In this document: positions 17,517-30,882 of the stretch, in pieces
Layout of the letters: every line of letters begins with the position of its first letter
Position numbering within the stretch: the first letter of the stretch is position 1
From: Tubiluchus corallicola
Taxonomy: Eukaryota; Animalia; Priapulida
DNA: 64,000 nt
Reading direction: 5' to 3'
Assembly (NCBI GenBank): GCA_030141605.1
Contig: JAQGDQ010000121.1
Coordinates: 62,001-126,000, forward strand
Notes under the pieces: model-generated
What the model was told of the DNA's origin: nothing
Seen by the model: only the letters and a program-made list of their open reading frames with translations
Database searches by the model: none
Translations under genes and position numbers: made by a program

Positions 17517-17820
17517 CTTTAACAATTATCTTATCAAACGTCAAATGAAGTGCGATACCTGCTTTACTACAATGTATCAGTTGGTGCAAGAGGTTAGTGT
17601 AATGGGCGGTTCATAAAAAAGTGCAAGAAATAACTGTTAAATTCGCCATACACTAAAAATTAAATTTCTAATTCCCAAATATATAATGCAGTGGTCGTCG
17701 CCATGTCCACTCTCGCAAAAAATCGCGAGATTCCTTGAGCTCGTACAATCGCCCTGCCACTATTTCTCGCGCAAGTATAGTCAATGCTTATGCGCGAAAT
17801 AGTGTGTTTGAAACAGATGT
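17517..17820. promoter_or_regulatory. Putative bidirectional promoter / non-coding first exon region for DRG2 and PDRG1
   Basis: CpG-rich patch with ATGGCG (minus strand), TCTCGC..TCGCGAGA and inverted E2F-like TTTC(T)CGCGC / GCGCGAAA. Minus-strand donor aaag|gtaaaa at 17516. Confidence 0.4.
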
Positions 17821-17829
17821 AGTACTGTA

Positions 17830-19966
17830 TAGGTTTTACATGTCAAATGTAGACCTGCGTTAACTGAAATGTAGATTTAGGTAAGTCAAGTGTGCCTTGG
17901 TAACTAAAATATAGACTTAGGTAGTTCAAATGTGTTAACAATGGTTTTCAACAAATCTCGAGCGTTTTTGGTAAATCAGATTTAGACACATGTCAAGTCA
18001 AATGTGACATTGGTATCTCAAATATGGATAGGTGTTAAAGTTTAAGGATGTTAAATTTAATCTTCTTTATTTTCAATTTAATAATTGCTCCTAAGTTAAA
18101 ATAACAACGTTATAGGCCTACTAATAGTTCACTAATATTCTGCAAACTTTACATGCCATTGGAACTGTTAGAGAAAACAATACATTCTTAAAATAAACAA
18201 TGCTTCTTGAGAGAAACTAATTCATTATTGCAGTGCTGATGCATTGCTTAAAAAACTAATTAGTGATTCACTGTTCATTGGAAAGTGGGAACCGATTTAT
18301 TCTTTTCTGCCGACATGGTTTATCAAAGAATTTCGTTTGAGGATAAACAATGCATTTTTCAAAGTTATGAAAGAGGTGATGATTACTCACATCTTGCACG
18401 ACAACTTAGTATAAAAAAATCAACTGCGTGGGCTATTATTAAGAGAGCACTGGAGGATAGAATTGTCAAACCAGGTGGCAGCTTCAGAAGAAAGCTCGTC
18501 GATGAAGAAATGGGAGACTATGCAGTTAATCTTATAGAGACTCATCCAGAATTTACGCTAGAGCAAGTCGTTGCGTCTATGTGCCGAGACATGCCTGAGA
18601 AACCATGCATATCCCATTCAACGTTAGCCAATGTGTCAAAAGGGCGCCTGATTGTAATGAAAGAGTTAGAAGACGCTGTAGCGGATAGAAATAGTGAAAG
18701 AGTAAAGCACGTACGCTTTCCATATGCACACTGGTTGATAGAGAGAGGTTTGCAATGTGAAATTATATTCATTGATGAAGCGGGCATAAACCTGTGGATG
18801 AGGAGGACGAGAAGAAGGGCAATACAGGGTCAAAGAGCCGTGCGAGTTGTGGCTGGTCGTCGCGGAGGCAATCTTACCATGACTTTTGCAGTAAGCAATA
18901 CAAATGGCCTGATATATTATTCCTTAACAGAAGGTGGAATGAACAGAGAACGTTTCAATGCATTTCTTCAAGACGCAACAGAACCTGCATGACGATGGTC
19001 GGGAAATTTTTTTCGTTTTTGACAATGCACTTGCTCACAGGGGAACAGCCTTGCTGCCAGATTTGAGCCACTCAAATTCAAATTAAGAGGCTTCCTCCTT
19101 ATTCTCCCTTTTTAAATATTGTCGTATTCAGTCAGTGGAAGGCTGAAATGAAGCGTTTTCTTGCAGATATTAGAGAAAATCTTCTAGTGCAGAATCACGG
19201 TCAGAGAATGGCAACATTAGCTCAGTTAGCAGAACAGTCTGTTAATATCATAATGCCCGCAGATGCAGCCAATTATTTTCGACATATGCAGCAGTATGTA
19301 CCATGCTGCTTAACCTACGATGATATACTGATGTAAATCTTGTTCCTATCAAATTTTCGTTCATGTTTGTTTATTTATTGTTCATGAGTCAGTGGTACTA
19401 TATATATTTAAAATGCTGGTCTTGAGCATTGATTACAATTTTAATTTTGCAGATTTGATTAATTATTCAAAAAATGTTTTTGTAAAACATTGACAAATAA
19501 AATGTAGAATGGTGTATATATTAATAATTGTATAATTGTTAACTTATGTATGTACAACACTTTTAAGTGTTCTTATCAAATAAACATTTTCTTTACATTT
19601 GAAAAATGTATTAACGTCCATACAAATAGTTGCAAATTAATAAAATATAATAAAAATTGATGCTGCCAATAGCACCATGACCATAAAATATCATTTTAAT
19701 TTGGTTTATCTTTTTGTAATTTGCACTTAAATGAGTTAATTACCGATTTATTCAAAGTACCGCATCTACATTTGACTTACCTAAGTCACATTTGAGTTAC
19801 CAAAACACATTCGAAATTCCTATGTCCTGACTTAGGTAAGTCTACATTTGACTTACCTAAGTTAGATTTGAGTTACCAAAACACATTCGAAATTTCTATG
19901 TCTACATTTGACTTACCTAAGTCACATTTGAACTTTCCTGTGTCTACATTTGACATGTAAAACCTA
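17830..19966 (+). mobile_element. Tc1/mariner (IS630-like, approximately DD34E) DNA transposon, ~2.1 kb
   Basis: TIR taggttttacatgtcaaatgtagac at both ends, TA target duplication, repeated subterminal motif cttaggtaagtcaaatgt, and an internal transposase. Confidence 0.9.
18315..19336 (+). pseudogene. Inactivated Tc1/IS630-family transposase (HTH + DDE)
   Basis: HTH LARQLSIKKSTAWAII; IFIDEAG; FVFDNALAH after a frameshift near 18985; RLPPYSPFLNIV-VFSQWK after a second frameshift near 19065, lacking the catalytic Glu. Confidence 0.9.
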
Positions 19967-20439
19967 TATACATAGTACAGTATCTTTGACTGTAGTATTA
20001 CAGTCATTCTCGATCCATGGTTATACTGTTGTGATTAGAGGTTGAGTGAGTATAGAAACCCCAATATTTTTCTACAAAGTAATTATCAACGAACACGTAA
20101 ACTTTACTAGGTTCATGTTCAATGACTGAAAAATGCCTCAAAGTAGATTGACAATGAACAATTAGTTTTACCCAAGTTGTTCATCATTAAGCATATCTTC
20201 ATTTTCATCATCTCATAAAGAAAGCTTTTAGCACATTTAACATTGTCTCCAAATAAAACCAGTTAATCTTCCCCCTCCTCCGCATCACTTTTTCCAATTT
20301 ATCTCTTTTGTCATAAAATAATTTAATGTACTATGTATATAGTAATACATGGTTCAAATTTTCAATACCATCATTACAATGACAAATTCTGATTTTCATG
20401 AAATTTCCATCTGTGTAATGAATTTCACTTAGTAAACGG

Positions 20440-21120
20440 TTGACGACACTTAAACCCAGTAAATGTGCTTTACGTAGAATACGGCCTAAATCTATTACAC
20501 CTTACTTTCTAAATAATGTTCAGATAGCTGAAAAAAGTTGATTCAGAGATTTGGGAGTGATGATTTTTAATGACCTAAAATTGAATTCCCAAATGTGAAT
20601 CATATCATTATTAAAGCACACCATTGTATTGGCATGATTAAGAGGTGTGCGATATCAAGAAATGCAGTAATAATTATTCCTGTCTATAAAGCTGTTGTTC
20701 GACACATTCTGGGATATGCGTCGGTTGTATGGTCACCCCAGCATGCTACTCTCAAGAATGCTCTCTAAACAACTCAGGATAGATGTACTCGTCTTGCTAT
20801 TGATTTGGATACCGCTTCAATTTCTACTCTTGAGCAAAGGCGTGAGACTGTAGTACTTTGTGAACTACTTCAAAATAATTAGTGGAAATACTATTCTGTC
20901 TGAGGCAGATTTTTTTCCAGGCGTCACAGAGTTCTTCATGGTCATGAGCCTAAGTTATTTGTGCAACCAGCTAGAACCAACATCAGATCACACTTCTTTG
21001 GGCATCGTGTATTTCATCCATGGAATCATCTTTCATCATCAACCATCAGTGCTTCATCAGTTGACAGTTACAAAAGGCATATGAAAGAGAACCGTTTATA
21101 GATAGTTACCATCTCTCTAG
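20440..21120 (+). mobile_element. CR1/L2-like LINE, decayed RT C-terminal fragment
   Basis: Remnant motifs RDLGV, YKAVVRHILGYASVVWSP, TLEQRR and HEPKLFVQPARTNIRSHFFGHRVFHPWNHL. Confidence 0.8.
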
Positions 21121-21509
21121 AACATCAATTCTCGCTTTAACCAGCAACTCGGATATTCAAGTATCATCTATCCAAACTTTAACTCACCTTTGCAACTACC
21201 CCTATCATTTATTACCATATCATCACTTCATATCGTGGTTGACATTTACTTCAACTCTATGATCTGACCACTGTGAAAGATGTATCCAGCTGATTTTCCA
21301 AATCTGCGTCTCTAACTTCGTTTAAAATTGTTCCATCCATTCTCTGTTAAGATTGAGAATGTTAATTAATTTACTAAGACTTTGCTTAGATAAATCTCCA
21401 AGTGCTAATTATGTTATTATAAATTCTCAAACTAAATTTATCAGCTAAAAAGGTTATTCGATTTGTACCATCTTGTACAAATTCTGCAACACCATAAAGC
21501 TCACAACCG

Positions 21510-21660
21510 TTTTTAATAATCTATCTTCATGGCAATCACCATGGCAGGCACATTAATTCCATTTGTTCACTACTCTCACATTAAATGAATGTTTACCAAT
21601 GGTAAGAAGTGATGGGACTTTAAAAAGTTTTTTCAACTATGTCCTCTAGTTTTTGAATAA
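21510..21660 (-). mobile_element. CR1-like LINE 3' fragment
   Basis: Minus strand reads KTRGHS..KLFK...KHSFNVRVVNKWN. Confidence 0.65.
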
Positions 21661-22433
21661 GGAACTAAAGAAGTATGTACTTAAATTATAGCTTGTAACT
21701 ATTAGAATTACTATGAGCTAAGTGTACCATGCTTAATTTTGCTCAGGAATACCTAGTTTGCAACTTTTAAGTTGTTTTTTTTTTTGGTAAACCTAAAAAC
21801 TTTTCTAACGAATTATAAACAATCTTACATTTACGTATTACAAATTACATTTACATTAGTCGCGTTACACAGTTTCTCATAACATGTATAATGTAAAATT
21901 AAAAATTAAAATTGAAATCAAGTGACACTAAAGTCATTCTAAGGACAGGTTTGTAATGCTATGACTGGTGAAACAACTAGTAGCAGACTAACTAGTAACT
22001 AAACTAACAAAAATCTGCTCATTGTTGCTAAAAAAAAACTGTTTCCAGAGATCCTAATATTTAGCACATAATAAGCAAAGAAAGCTCATATTACCTACCT
22101 ACTAACGTCGTACTATGAGCTAATAGACGAAATGCAATTTTTTCATTAACCAGCTGATGTGATCACAACCTATACTGTAACACAAATCAAATTTCTATAA
22201 CAGGCCTATAGAATTAAGGAAGCATATCCCCCAACACAGCTTCTTGTGTTTTTATTCAAAACATTTTTATTTTAATCTTCTGATCAGCCACAGTCTGGTT
22301 CTGGGTTCTGATGCACCAAGGATTTTCACAAAACATTGACAATGACGCTTGTGATATTATGTTTTTTTTGACAGTTTGTGATTCTCGTAGTTTTATAGCT
22401 GGTCACAACTTTTGTTTTCAGCATTACAGCAAA

Positions 22434-24091
22434 ATGGATCATATCGAAAGGGACTCTCCGGAGTTTGTCATTGGCTATTTGGCAGAAATTGAAGAGTTGG
22501 GTGAGGAAATACTTGCAGAAAAGCGACAACTTTTGGATCTGGACAGAAAAAAGAATGAAAATCGAGTTGCTATAAGGTAAGAATGATTTCAAGCTTTGTA
22601 ATTCAGTTTTAGTCTTAGCATTGGTCTTCAAAAACTAGTCTTTCCTGAATAATTGTTTTTTTTCACTTGCACAGCATTGTACTGTGTTGTACAGCACAGT
22701 ATTACACATCACATTTAGAACTACTGATATAAATAATTTGGCAGCTTTATAGTAAAGGCTTGAACACTTGCGCAAATAACAGATTTCCAAAGTAAAATAC
22801 TAATAGATGAAAATATGTTCTCGGTGATTTTGTACAACAGTCCCGACAGCCAGGCTTTATTTTATAGGTTGATACCATCAGCATTATAAACAATTTCTTG
22901 CATATCCAACTTCAATATTGTAGTTTTTATTCTTAGAGCACTACTACAAGAGGAACAGCATCATCAGTCAGCAAAACAAAAGACTTGGCTTTGCTTTGGA
23001 GACATTTTTCTAAAATTTCCCAAATCGAATATTGTAGCATTGCTCAAAGAAGGTGTGTATTGCCAGTGCTAGCACATTTTGCCTGTATTTTGAACTATAT
23101 GGTATTGAATTTTTGGCTAAAAGGAGTTTCATCTTAGGAGGTGTGATGATTTGTTTTGAAAGAAGTAAGTTTTTATACAGTTCAGTACACTGAAAAGTGG
23201 CATTTTTTGATGGCTTAGAAATTTTGCCAGCCATCACCATCTGTTTATTAACAAGGCTCAGCACAGCTTAACTATTGCAGCCATTTTTTAGAAAGAAATT
23301 TTAAAAAAACGATTGATGTGCGTGAAACTGTGCTTTTGACACCAACTCCATAGCTGTTTGTTTCTTGCTGAAGTTACATCATGTTGGTGAAAATGAACAT
23401 CACAGAGAAGAGAGTTAAAAATATTAGCTTCAGGAAAATCCAGGAAATATGTGATTAGTCACTCGCAGTCGTGGTGCAGGTAGTGTTAATGACGACACAG
23501 GCACTATTATTAACAACATAGTAGTTAAGTTAATGAGCATTTCGAGTCTTCACCGAAGGTTGCTGATTGTTACACAGGGTCACACAGAAGGTATCCTTTA
23601 TCAAAGAGTGCTTGCTGATGAATTAATAATTTGCTAATTATTAAGTGATAAGTAATTTAATAACATGAATAAAATACTGAATGCTCTTTATAGTCTTAAA
23701 ATAGATTATTATTTTCTATAGCTTTTGCCTAAATGGGCCTCATCGGCTAAATAGACTTGTGCTGCTAACCTGAGAGTAATCGCTGAAGAGGCCAATTCAG
23801 TCTGAAATACTGAAATAAATAATCTGCTTTGAGACTATAAATGGCATTCAATGTTTTATTCATGTTATTAAAAATGACAAGTCTAAGGAGAGCTCTCTTA
23901 TAAATTAAGTAATTTAGTTTTTCTCTTTCATCATAGATCAGATGAAGATCGAGGAAGAGATTGCTCATCTTCGAGAGAGCATAAAATGTAAAGTTGAAAG
24001 ACTGAATGAAAAAGAGGGAAAAGATAAAATGAGAGGCTTTTTTCTGAACTCCCTTTCTAGAGATGAGCTTACTGCAATAAAGAAAACGTAA
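22434..24091 (+). CDS. PDRG1: p53 and DNA damage-regulated protein 1 (prefoldin-like, R2TP/PAQosome subunit)
   Basis: Exons 22434-22576, 22937-23052 and 23937-24091. Translation: YLAEIEELGEEILAEKRQLLDLDRKKNENRVAIRAL...KTWLCFGDIFLKFP...DQMKIEEEIAHLRESIKCKVERLNEKEGK...GFFLNSLSRDEL. Confidence 0.92.
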
Positions 24092-25012
24092 ACTTGGTAA
24101 ATTTACATTATTTAGATTATTGTGCCAAGACATAAGTTGTTCTAGAAACACTTCTATTGGGTGTTCTACTGTGTATGGTCTTTTAATTTTTCAATGAAAA
24201 TATGTATGATTTATAATTACATTACCACTTTCCAATGTCAATAATTAGCTTTTTGAAGTTGCATGAGGTATAGCATCAAGCACATTAATTTTTAGGTATC
24301 AATGTTCATGACAAGAAGCAAATGTGGAAGAGCATTCATGCATTGTAACAAATATCCATGTTATGCCTGATAACATTAGAGACCCAGAAGGCGTCATTTA
24401 CAGATTATTAACATATATGACATATATGATATAACATATTAACATAATTGATCTCTGAATCCGTTTTTAGTGTTCAGCACTTCCAGGTCTTTTGAATACA
24501 TTCTAAGACTTTCTTAGCTGCCTAGGAATCATGACATCTTAATCAGTTCCGGAAATTTTCAAGGTTGTGGCAGTTTTTACTATTTTATGGTATTTAGTTA
24601 GCTCTGTTAGTTTCATGAACTTTATTAGAGGCATTGCAATCCCGGTGGAAAATTTCAGGATTAGGGAAAGCATTAGCTTTACTTGTGAAGGGTGTTTTCT
24701 AATGCTTTAAACCTTTAAAAATTATCATCCGGTCAAATACAATGCTTTGTCTTTAAATACAATCATTCTTTGCTTAACGAGGGTAATACATTGCAGCTAA
24801 AAGCATCATTAAGGGAAACATCATTATTCTTATTATTTATGGGTAATTGTAGCATACACATTGTAGTTGTAGATTGATATATTAGACTATATATTACAGT
24901 TTTTGCACTTGTATTTGTATTCATACCATTCATTGTACTGTAAAATAATCTAACAAATACTGGTCATTCACTGGTATTCACAAATATATTAATGCTTAAT
25001 GGTCTATTTTTT

Positions 25013-28000
25013 CTATAAATCTTCCGTCTGTGTTAAATTTTTCTTGACATCTCTTCCTCCAGGTGCTGCGTTACCTCCACTTGTACTGGAACCTTCTTGA
25101 GGCTGAGGACCAACTCGCGTGTGGCAGCCGAATAACTGCTGTATGGTTTCATAGTATGCATCACGGAAGTCTTTGCTAGCAAAGCCATATAGTATAGGAT
25201 TGGCTGCACTATTGGCATGTGAAAGGTAAACCAGAGCATTGACCAGGATACCAATTCCAGGAAATCCCACTGTTTTGAAGGCGGCAACAGTGTCAAAGAG
25301 AAACAGTGGATACCAACAGATGAAGAAAAAGACAACAATGACAAAGAGAACTTTGGCGATGCGCACCTCGCGCCTCCAGCGCCTAGATGTGTTGCTTTGA
25401 TCTGCAGAGCTTCCGGAGGTGCTGCTATTGCGAAGACGTAATGATGCTTGTGATTTCACCTAAAATGCATAAAACCTTGGTTAAAATACTGCTCTTTCTG
25501 TACGTGTTTACTTTGGTTTTATGCAATGGACTAATGGCAATGCACTTTTAGGATAAACAGTGCTCATATTATATTACAGTAGACTAAATCATGTTAAAAG
25601 AATATCATTTGACTGGTTAATCTAGATTGAACTTGAATGAACAAGAGTGAACTGGAACTTGATAGCATTCTACAATACGTTGGACTTACTGAATTAGCCT
25701 GGACTGAATTGGACTGGATCAGGTTTACCTGAAGTGCATTCATTTGGACTGGATTTGATTCTATTCATTTGGAAATGGCTGACTTCGATTAGGACTGTTA
25801 AGACGAATTTATATTTGAATCGTTTAGATAATTGAATTAAAATACACATCAGGAAAGTCTGGTGATTTACAGCATGCCGCTGGCACACAACTACTTACAT
25901 CTGCATTTGATTTAAAATTTATGCTCCTGTTTCTGTTTCGTCATGGTTTCAATGTGACAGCTTTTGAAGGTTTATTTAGCTCTTTCTAATTGACGAAAGT
26001 GCTACCTAAGACAGATCAAGCTATGTTGCACATTCATCCATTGGATCATTTGCTAGAATGGGCACAGCATAATTAAAATTTAGCTTTGCTCATTGAAATG
26101 AAGAGGATATAGAATATTGATTCATACTGCATTGTGTTTCAGTAAATGAATTTATTAAATCCACTGAAATATGCATTTGACACCAAATGTGAATAAAAAG
26201 GATTTGATTTAACATAGATTTGTTGTTATTAAAGTTGCAAGATTGCATAATAAACTTGTGCATTGAATGATGTTGATAATGCTACTGTACCTGTTTTTTA
26301 ATGCTGACAAAAATCATGGCGTAAAAAACAGCAGTTACAATAGATGCCGGCACGATGGCGATAAAGAAAAAGAATGCCAAGTACTTAAAATCAATGATTT
26401 CCGTAAACAAACACCTGCAAAACAATAATACATCTGTATACTTGCACGCCTGTTTACCTGTATAAAAATGTAAGTATAATAGTATTGTACTTTTGTATTA
26501 GGCAATACGAATTTGTGATTATCTAAGTTATAAAATAATAAGTAGCATCTGCACCAAAAAGTTGTCTTGTAAAGCATTATAATATTAAAACGTTTTCCAT
26601 AAAGCGTACAAATGACATTGTTTGCATTTTGTAATAAAGGCAATGACAGTGAGGCAATAATGACTACTACAAAGATTAGTACTTGGTGGTGGTAGTGGTA
26701 GTGGCAGCGGCAGCAGCAGCAGTACCTTTATTCTCCATAAATAGTTACATGTTTCTTACTACAATAAATCAATTTTTACATTACAATTAAAATTTTACTG
26801 AGCATTTTTAACCACAATGACGTCTTCGTGTCAGATTAAATATTGCAAAGACCACAGAAACTAGTTTAACACATTCACAAAAGCAGGTGAATTTTGAAAG
26901 TATCTACAAAGTAGACATTCTGAAAATTTATATGTGCTATCAAGTTTGTGTGTTAGATCTGGCAATTACAGTTTTTAATCGTGTTCATAATTTACGTGTC
27001 AGTTCAGTTCGTTTATATCAGAATTAAATGTTCCTCGTCCTCTATACATCATTTGATTGACAAAATTCACATTATCGTTCCTTTCTAGGTTTTGTTTGGC
27101 CTTTTTCATAGCCAAATCATGAGAAATTAAATGTAAGCATTCCTATAAGCCGTGATAAATAATTCTATTATCACAAAATCCGGTAGTTAAATTCCTCGTT
27201 TATACTCATATAATAGTGGTACAGTAAATTTTTTTGTCACGCGGTAAAATATTATTAGAGGTAAAGCCGTTTTGTTAAATCTGGTTGTAAAAGCAGATTC
27301 ATACAAAGTAAGGTGTTGTTAATTTACTTCATAAGTTTCAATGATAACTTGATCAGACATGAAAATCAAGGGCTTTGATACTTTACCTGGGTACAGGTGG
27401 TATGCCCAGATTCCATCCCATTAGTGGGAGCATACCAACAATGCCGGCCAGAATCCAAGACATGGCTATCAAAATTTGAGCTCTTCTACGCGTCAAAATT
27501 TCTTTGTATCTACAAAAATTACAAGTTTCAGCATAATATAAACCACCTTTAGCAACAGCTACAACAAAAACAATGTTTGCAGTTTGTGAGGTTTCCAACC
27601 CAACAGTAATTCTTATACCACTTGTATATTCTCTGGACAGCAGTTGGATAGTAAGACAAATTATAGCCGACTATGCCGAGTGGCAGGAGTGTGTTTAGCT
27701 ACCGAAATTAAGAAAAAGTAAAGACTGATGGGTGAAAGGAATGGTGACTGCTATACTGAGGACTTTCCTCTCTCTGCACTGTATTTACCATATTGGTTCT
27801 GTCTGTTGATCTCTTTAACGGTGATTGTATTCACGCTCAAATGCAGCTGAGGCACCTCTGCCGGTTCAGTGTCTTACTTTAGAGGATTTGCCTTAATAAT
27901 GAGTTAGATTCCAATCCTGCTACAACCATCCACATTTATGGCCCTGACACTGAGTGTTGCATTCAAGATTCCAGTGTGCCGAAGTGCACTATACAATCAG

Positions 28001-30882
28001 TTAGTAGTGCATGACGTGAATAAACATAGCCTTATTTTTGGGTTATGTTTATTGTAATCGGAAACTAGCATTATTATCGGAAACATGGCTATTAGTTACA
28101 ACATTGTACACAGTGTTTATACAGTGTCGGCCACTATTTATGTCTGAACTACGAAATGTTTTGTTAATCACTATATACATGTATTCACCGAGTGAGCTCA
28201 AAGCAGTAAAAACTGTCATTACATGGCTATAATGTCCGATAAGGAATTCGTCTAGGACAAGCAGGTAATTATAGTTAAACGAGAATCGAGGACAAGGAAC
28301 CCGTAGCCTGATGTGGTAAGAATATAACATTATTTCATTGCAAATCTGAATGAAGCCACGTAAGGCACATTATTAAGATGCACATAAAGTCTTCGAATGG
28401 CGCTGATCTTCCTTACACGGACAGAAAATCTGAAGAATTCAATAGCTATGGAAAACTAATGTAATACACGTATAACTTGATCTACAGGCATCTTCAGACG
28501 GAATTTCCCATCTTCATTAGTTTTTTATTAGTCCCACTTGGCATCAGCATCGTTGGTATTCTGCTCAGAATGACGTTCAGACAGCTAGGTGCAAGTTTTT
28601 AAGTCAGCTTAGATAGATTGATAGACAGACAGACAGACACATACCTGATGGGCTTCACTACAGCCAGGAATCTATCCAGAGATAAGACAGCGCACGAATA
28701 GATGCTACTAGCACTGAGTAGTAGGAGGGTGGACTGCATGAATAAACACAGATGATAGTGCCTCGGGAATCCTATGCTGAAATAAATATAAAATTTTTAT
28801 AGAGTTACACTAGACCAACTCGGCAACTCCTGCATAAGCTCAACAAGAAGCACAATCGTATGGTTGTCTTTTGTTCCTATGTGAAGCTTTTACATTATAT
28901 TTTAATGTATTATATTAGTACATATATAGTATTACATAATAATTATATTATTAAAGAAGCTTTCACTTAAGCATCTAATGTGTCAAGAGGTTTTGTTGTC
29001 TAGATAATTTTAAATTATATTAGATTAAGTACTATTTTCACTGAAATGCAATTTCTTGTTTGCAATAATCGCGTGACCTATCCTGACTCGAACTCGTAAC
29101 TTATCCAGATGGAATTTCTAGTGAGAATGATATAAACACCATTTGGCTTTATACGTTAAGGTCAAAAATGAACTGGGATTGCGTGAGAGAAATTCAGTTA
29201 AGAAAGTGTAAAAATTCGCAGCAATCATTTTCGTTGTTCAGTAAAAAAAAAGAATTATGGTAATGTCACCTTTGTGAGTGATTTATTAGTGAATGCTAAT
29301 AAGTCCGACACGCATATCCATCTCATGTGGCACGTTTCAATTATAGCTAATAGTCTGGCGAGATATTTTTCGCGTGAAATATTTAGCAAGGATAACCGTA
29401 GTTGACACGTGACTTGCAGTTCAGTCTTTCGAAATGCGATTACATGTACTAACGAAAAATCCTGACAATTATAACAACAAAGGGTGATGACGATGGTAGT
29501 AACAATGATGGTGACGATGATACTGATGTTGTTGTTGTTGATGAAGATTATAAGACAAATGACTTATTAAGGCGTTTCTGATGTTCAGCTTTGTATCTGT
29601 AGGATAATGAATAAGACAACGGCGTATTGTGTATAGTCAAGAGAGCCGCAGAGCTAAATAATTATGAGCTTATTAATTAATTATTACTATTAATTAATTT
29701 TGAGCTTTTCTTGCAGGAAATATGCGCAACAGTGACTGTATTAGAAAAGAGTTAAGTTAAACCTATCGTCTTTATTATAAATGCTGATATTAAATTATCT
29801 TGATAAAAAGTTACTAAGATTTTCAAAACTATTTTGGAATCCTCATGAAAGTTACTATACCAGCAAGCGGTTGGAGGGACATCATCCTGTTGTGGGGTTT
29901 TATGCAATTAAATATCATTGCAAAGTTAAGCTTAATTTCACCACTTTGCAAGTCGGATTTACCACTCAAAGGCAAGAACCGTTTAATATATACCGCTTGA
30001 CGTTTTTGTTGGTGGAGGGACCAGAAGCTAGTTCATTTTCACGAATAATTCTCCAGGATAGGAGGCTGAGCCTTAAAACAAGAAGAGATCATATCACATG
30101 AATACATTCTATTTTCTACTCATAATATGTTCTTTGCTTTTGCAAAGTTTTCATCTGCGTTGCATCGTTTCTTTCTAGTTCGTGTAGTCTTATGACTATA
30201 TGGTTATGTGTGCCCTTCTTCTGATGTGCGACTTGTGCATGTGTGTTTTGATTTTTTGGTTTTTAATTTATCTAATATGGGATCTTCTTGTGAGGGACAA
30301 CCATGTTTTTTGCGTTAAATACAAGAGCTACGCCTTTTTGCTAATTTTGTCCATCTTTTGTAAACTGTACCATAATGAATAAATAAAAATAAATACATAA
30401 ATATAGATATATCGTTAATGTGCATATCCATCCTCCCTCAGCGAAGTAACTAGCCCATTCAGGTATACTATAACAGCTTCATTTTACGTATGATATAAAA
30501 TCAACAATAATTGGAAAATGCATGTTCGCCTATACATGTATATGACTTACCTGTTTAGCAGAGCAAACGGACAAACCAGTAAACCCACAAAGAAATCAGC
30601 AGCAGCCAGAGAAGCAAAGTACATGTTACTCTGATGTCCTTTCCTGAATCCCTTCTTGCCAAATATGAGCCATAAGACCAGGGCGTTGCCCACAACTGCT
30701 GTCACACCTATTAATGTCTCGATAACATAATACTGAATGTCTATAGGTAGAGGAGGGTGCTGATGGGCAGTGGTCGTCTCTATTGCAGAAGAAATATTGT
30801 TACTTTGTGTTGCTGATGACACGTTCTCTGATTGTTCATCTATTGAGGTCGCTAACATAGTATCTAACGAAGAGTTCGACAT
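25013..30882 (-). CDS. Class A GPCR, adenosine receptor-like
   Basis: Exons 30551-30882, 28645-28776, 27387-27509, 26291-26414 and 25013-25459. Motifs: TM1 YYVIETLIGVTAVVGNALV, SLAAADFFVGLLVCPFA, DRF, LPLMGWN, CLF, CWYPL and LSHANSAANPILYG (adenosine-receptor TM7 signature). Confidence 0.9.
29830..30400 (+). mobile_element. Probable LINE 3' end remnant in GPCR intron 1
   Basis: LKTRRDH-like remnant, T-rich 3'UTR and (AATAA)n-type tail at 30378-30400. Confidence 0.4.

Noticed and set aside
23591-23599. Perfect U12 donor GTATCCTTT inside PDRG1 intron 2
   Set aside because: No matching U12 branch site or acceptor, the gene splices in frame without it, and roughly one chance hit is expected in a window of this size and composition.
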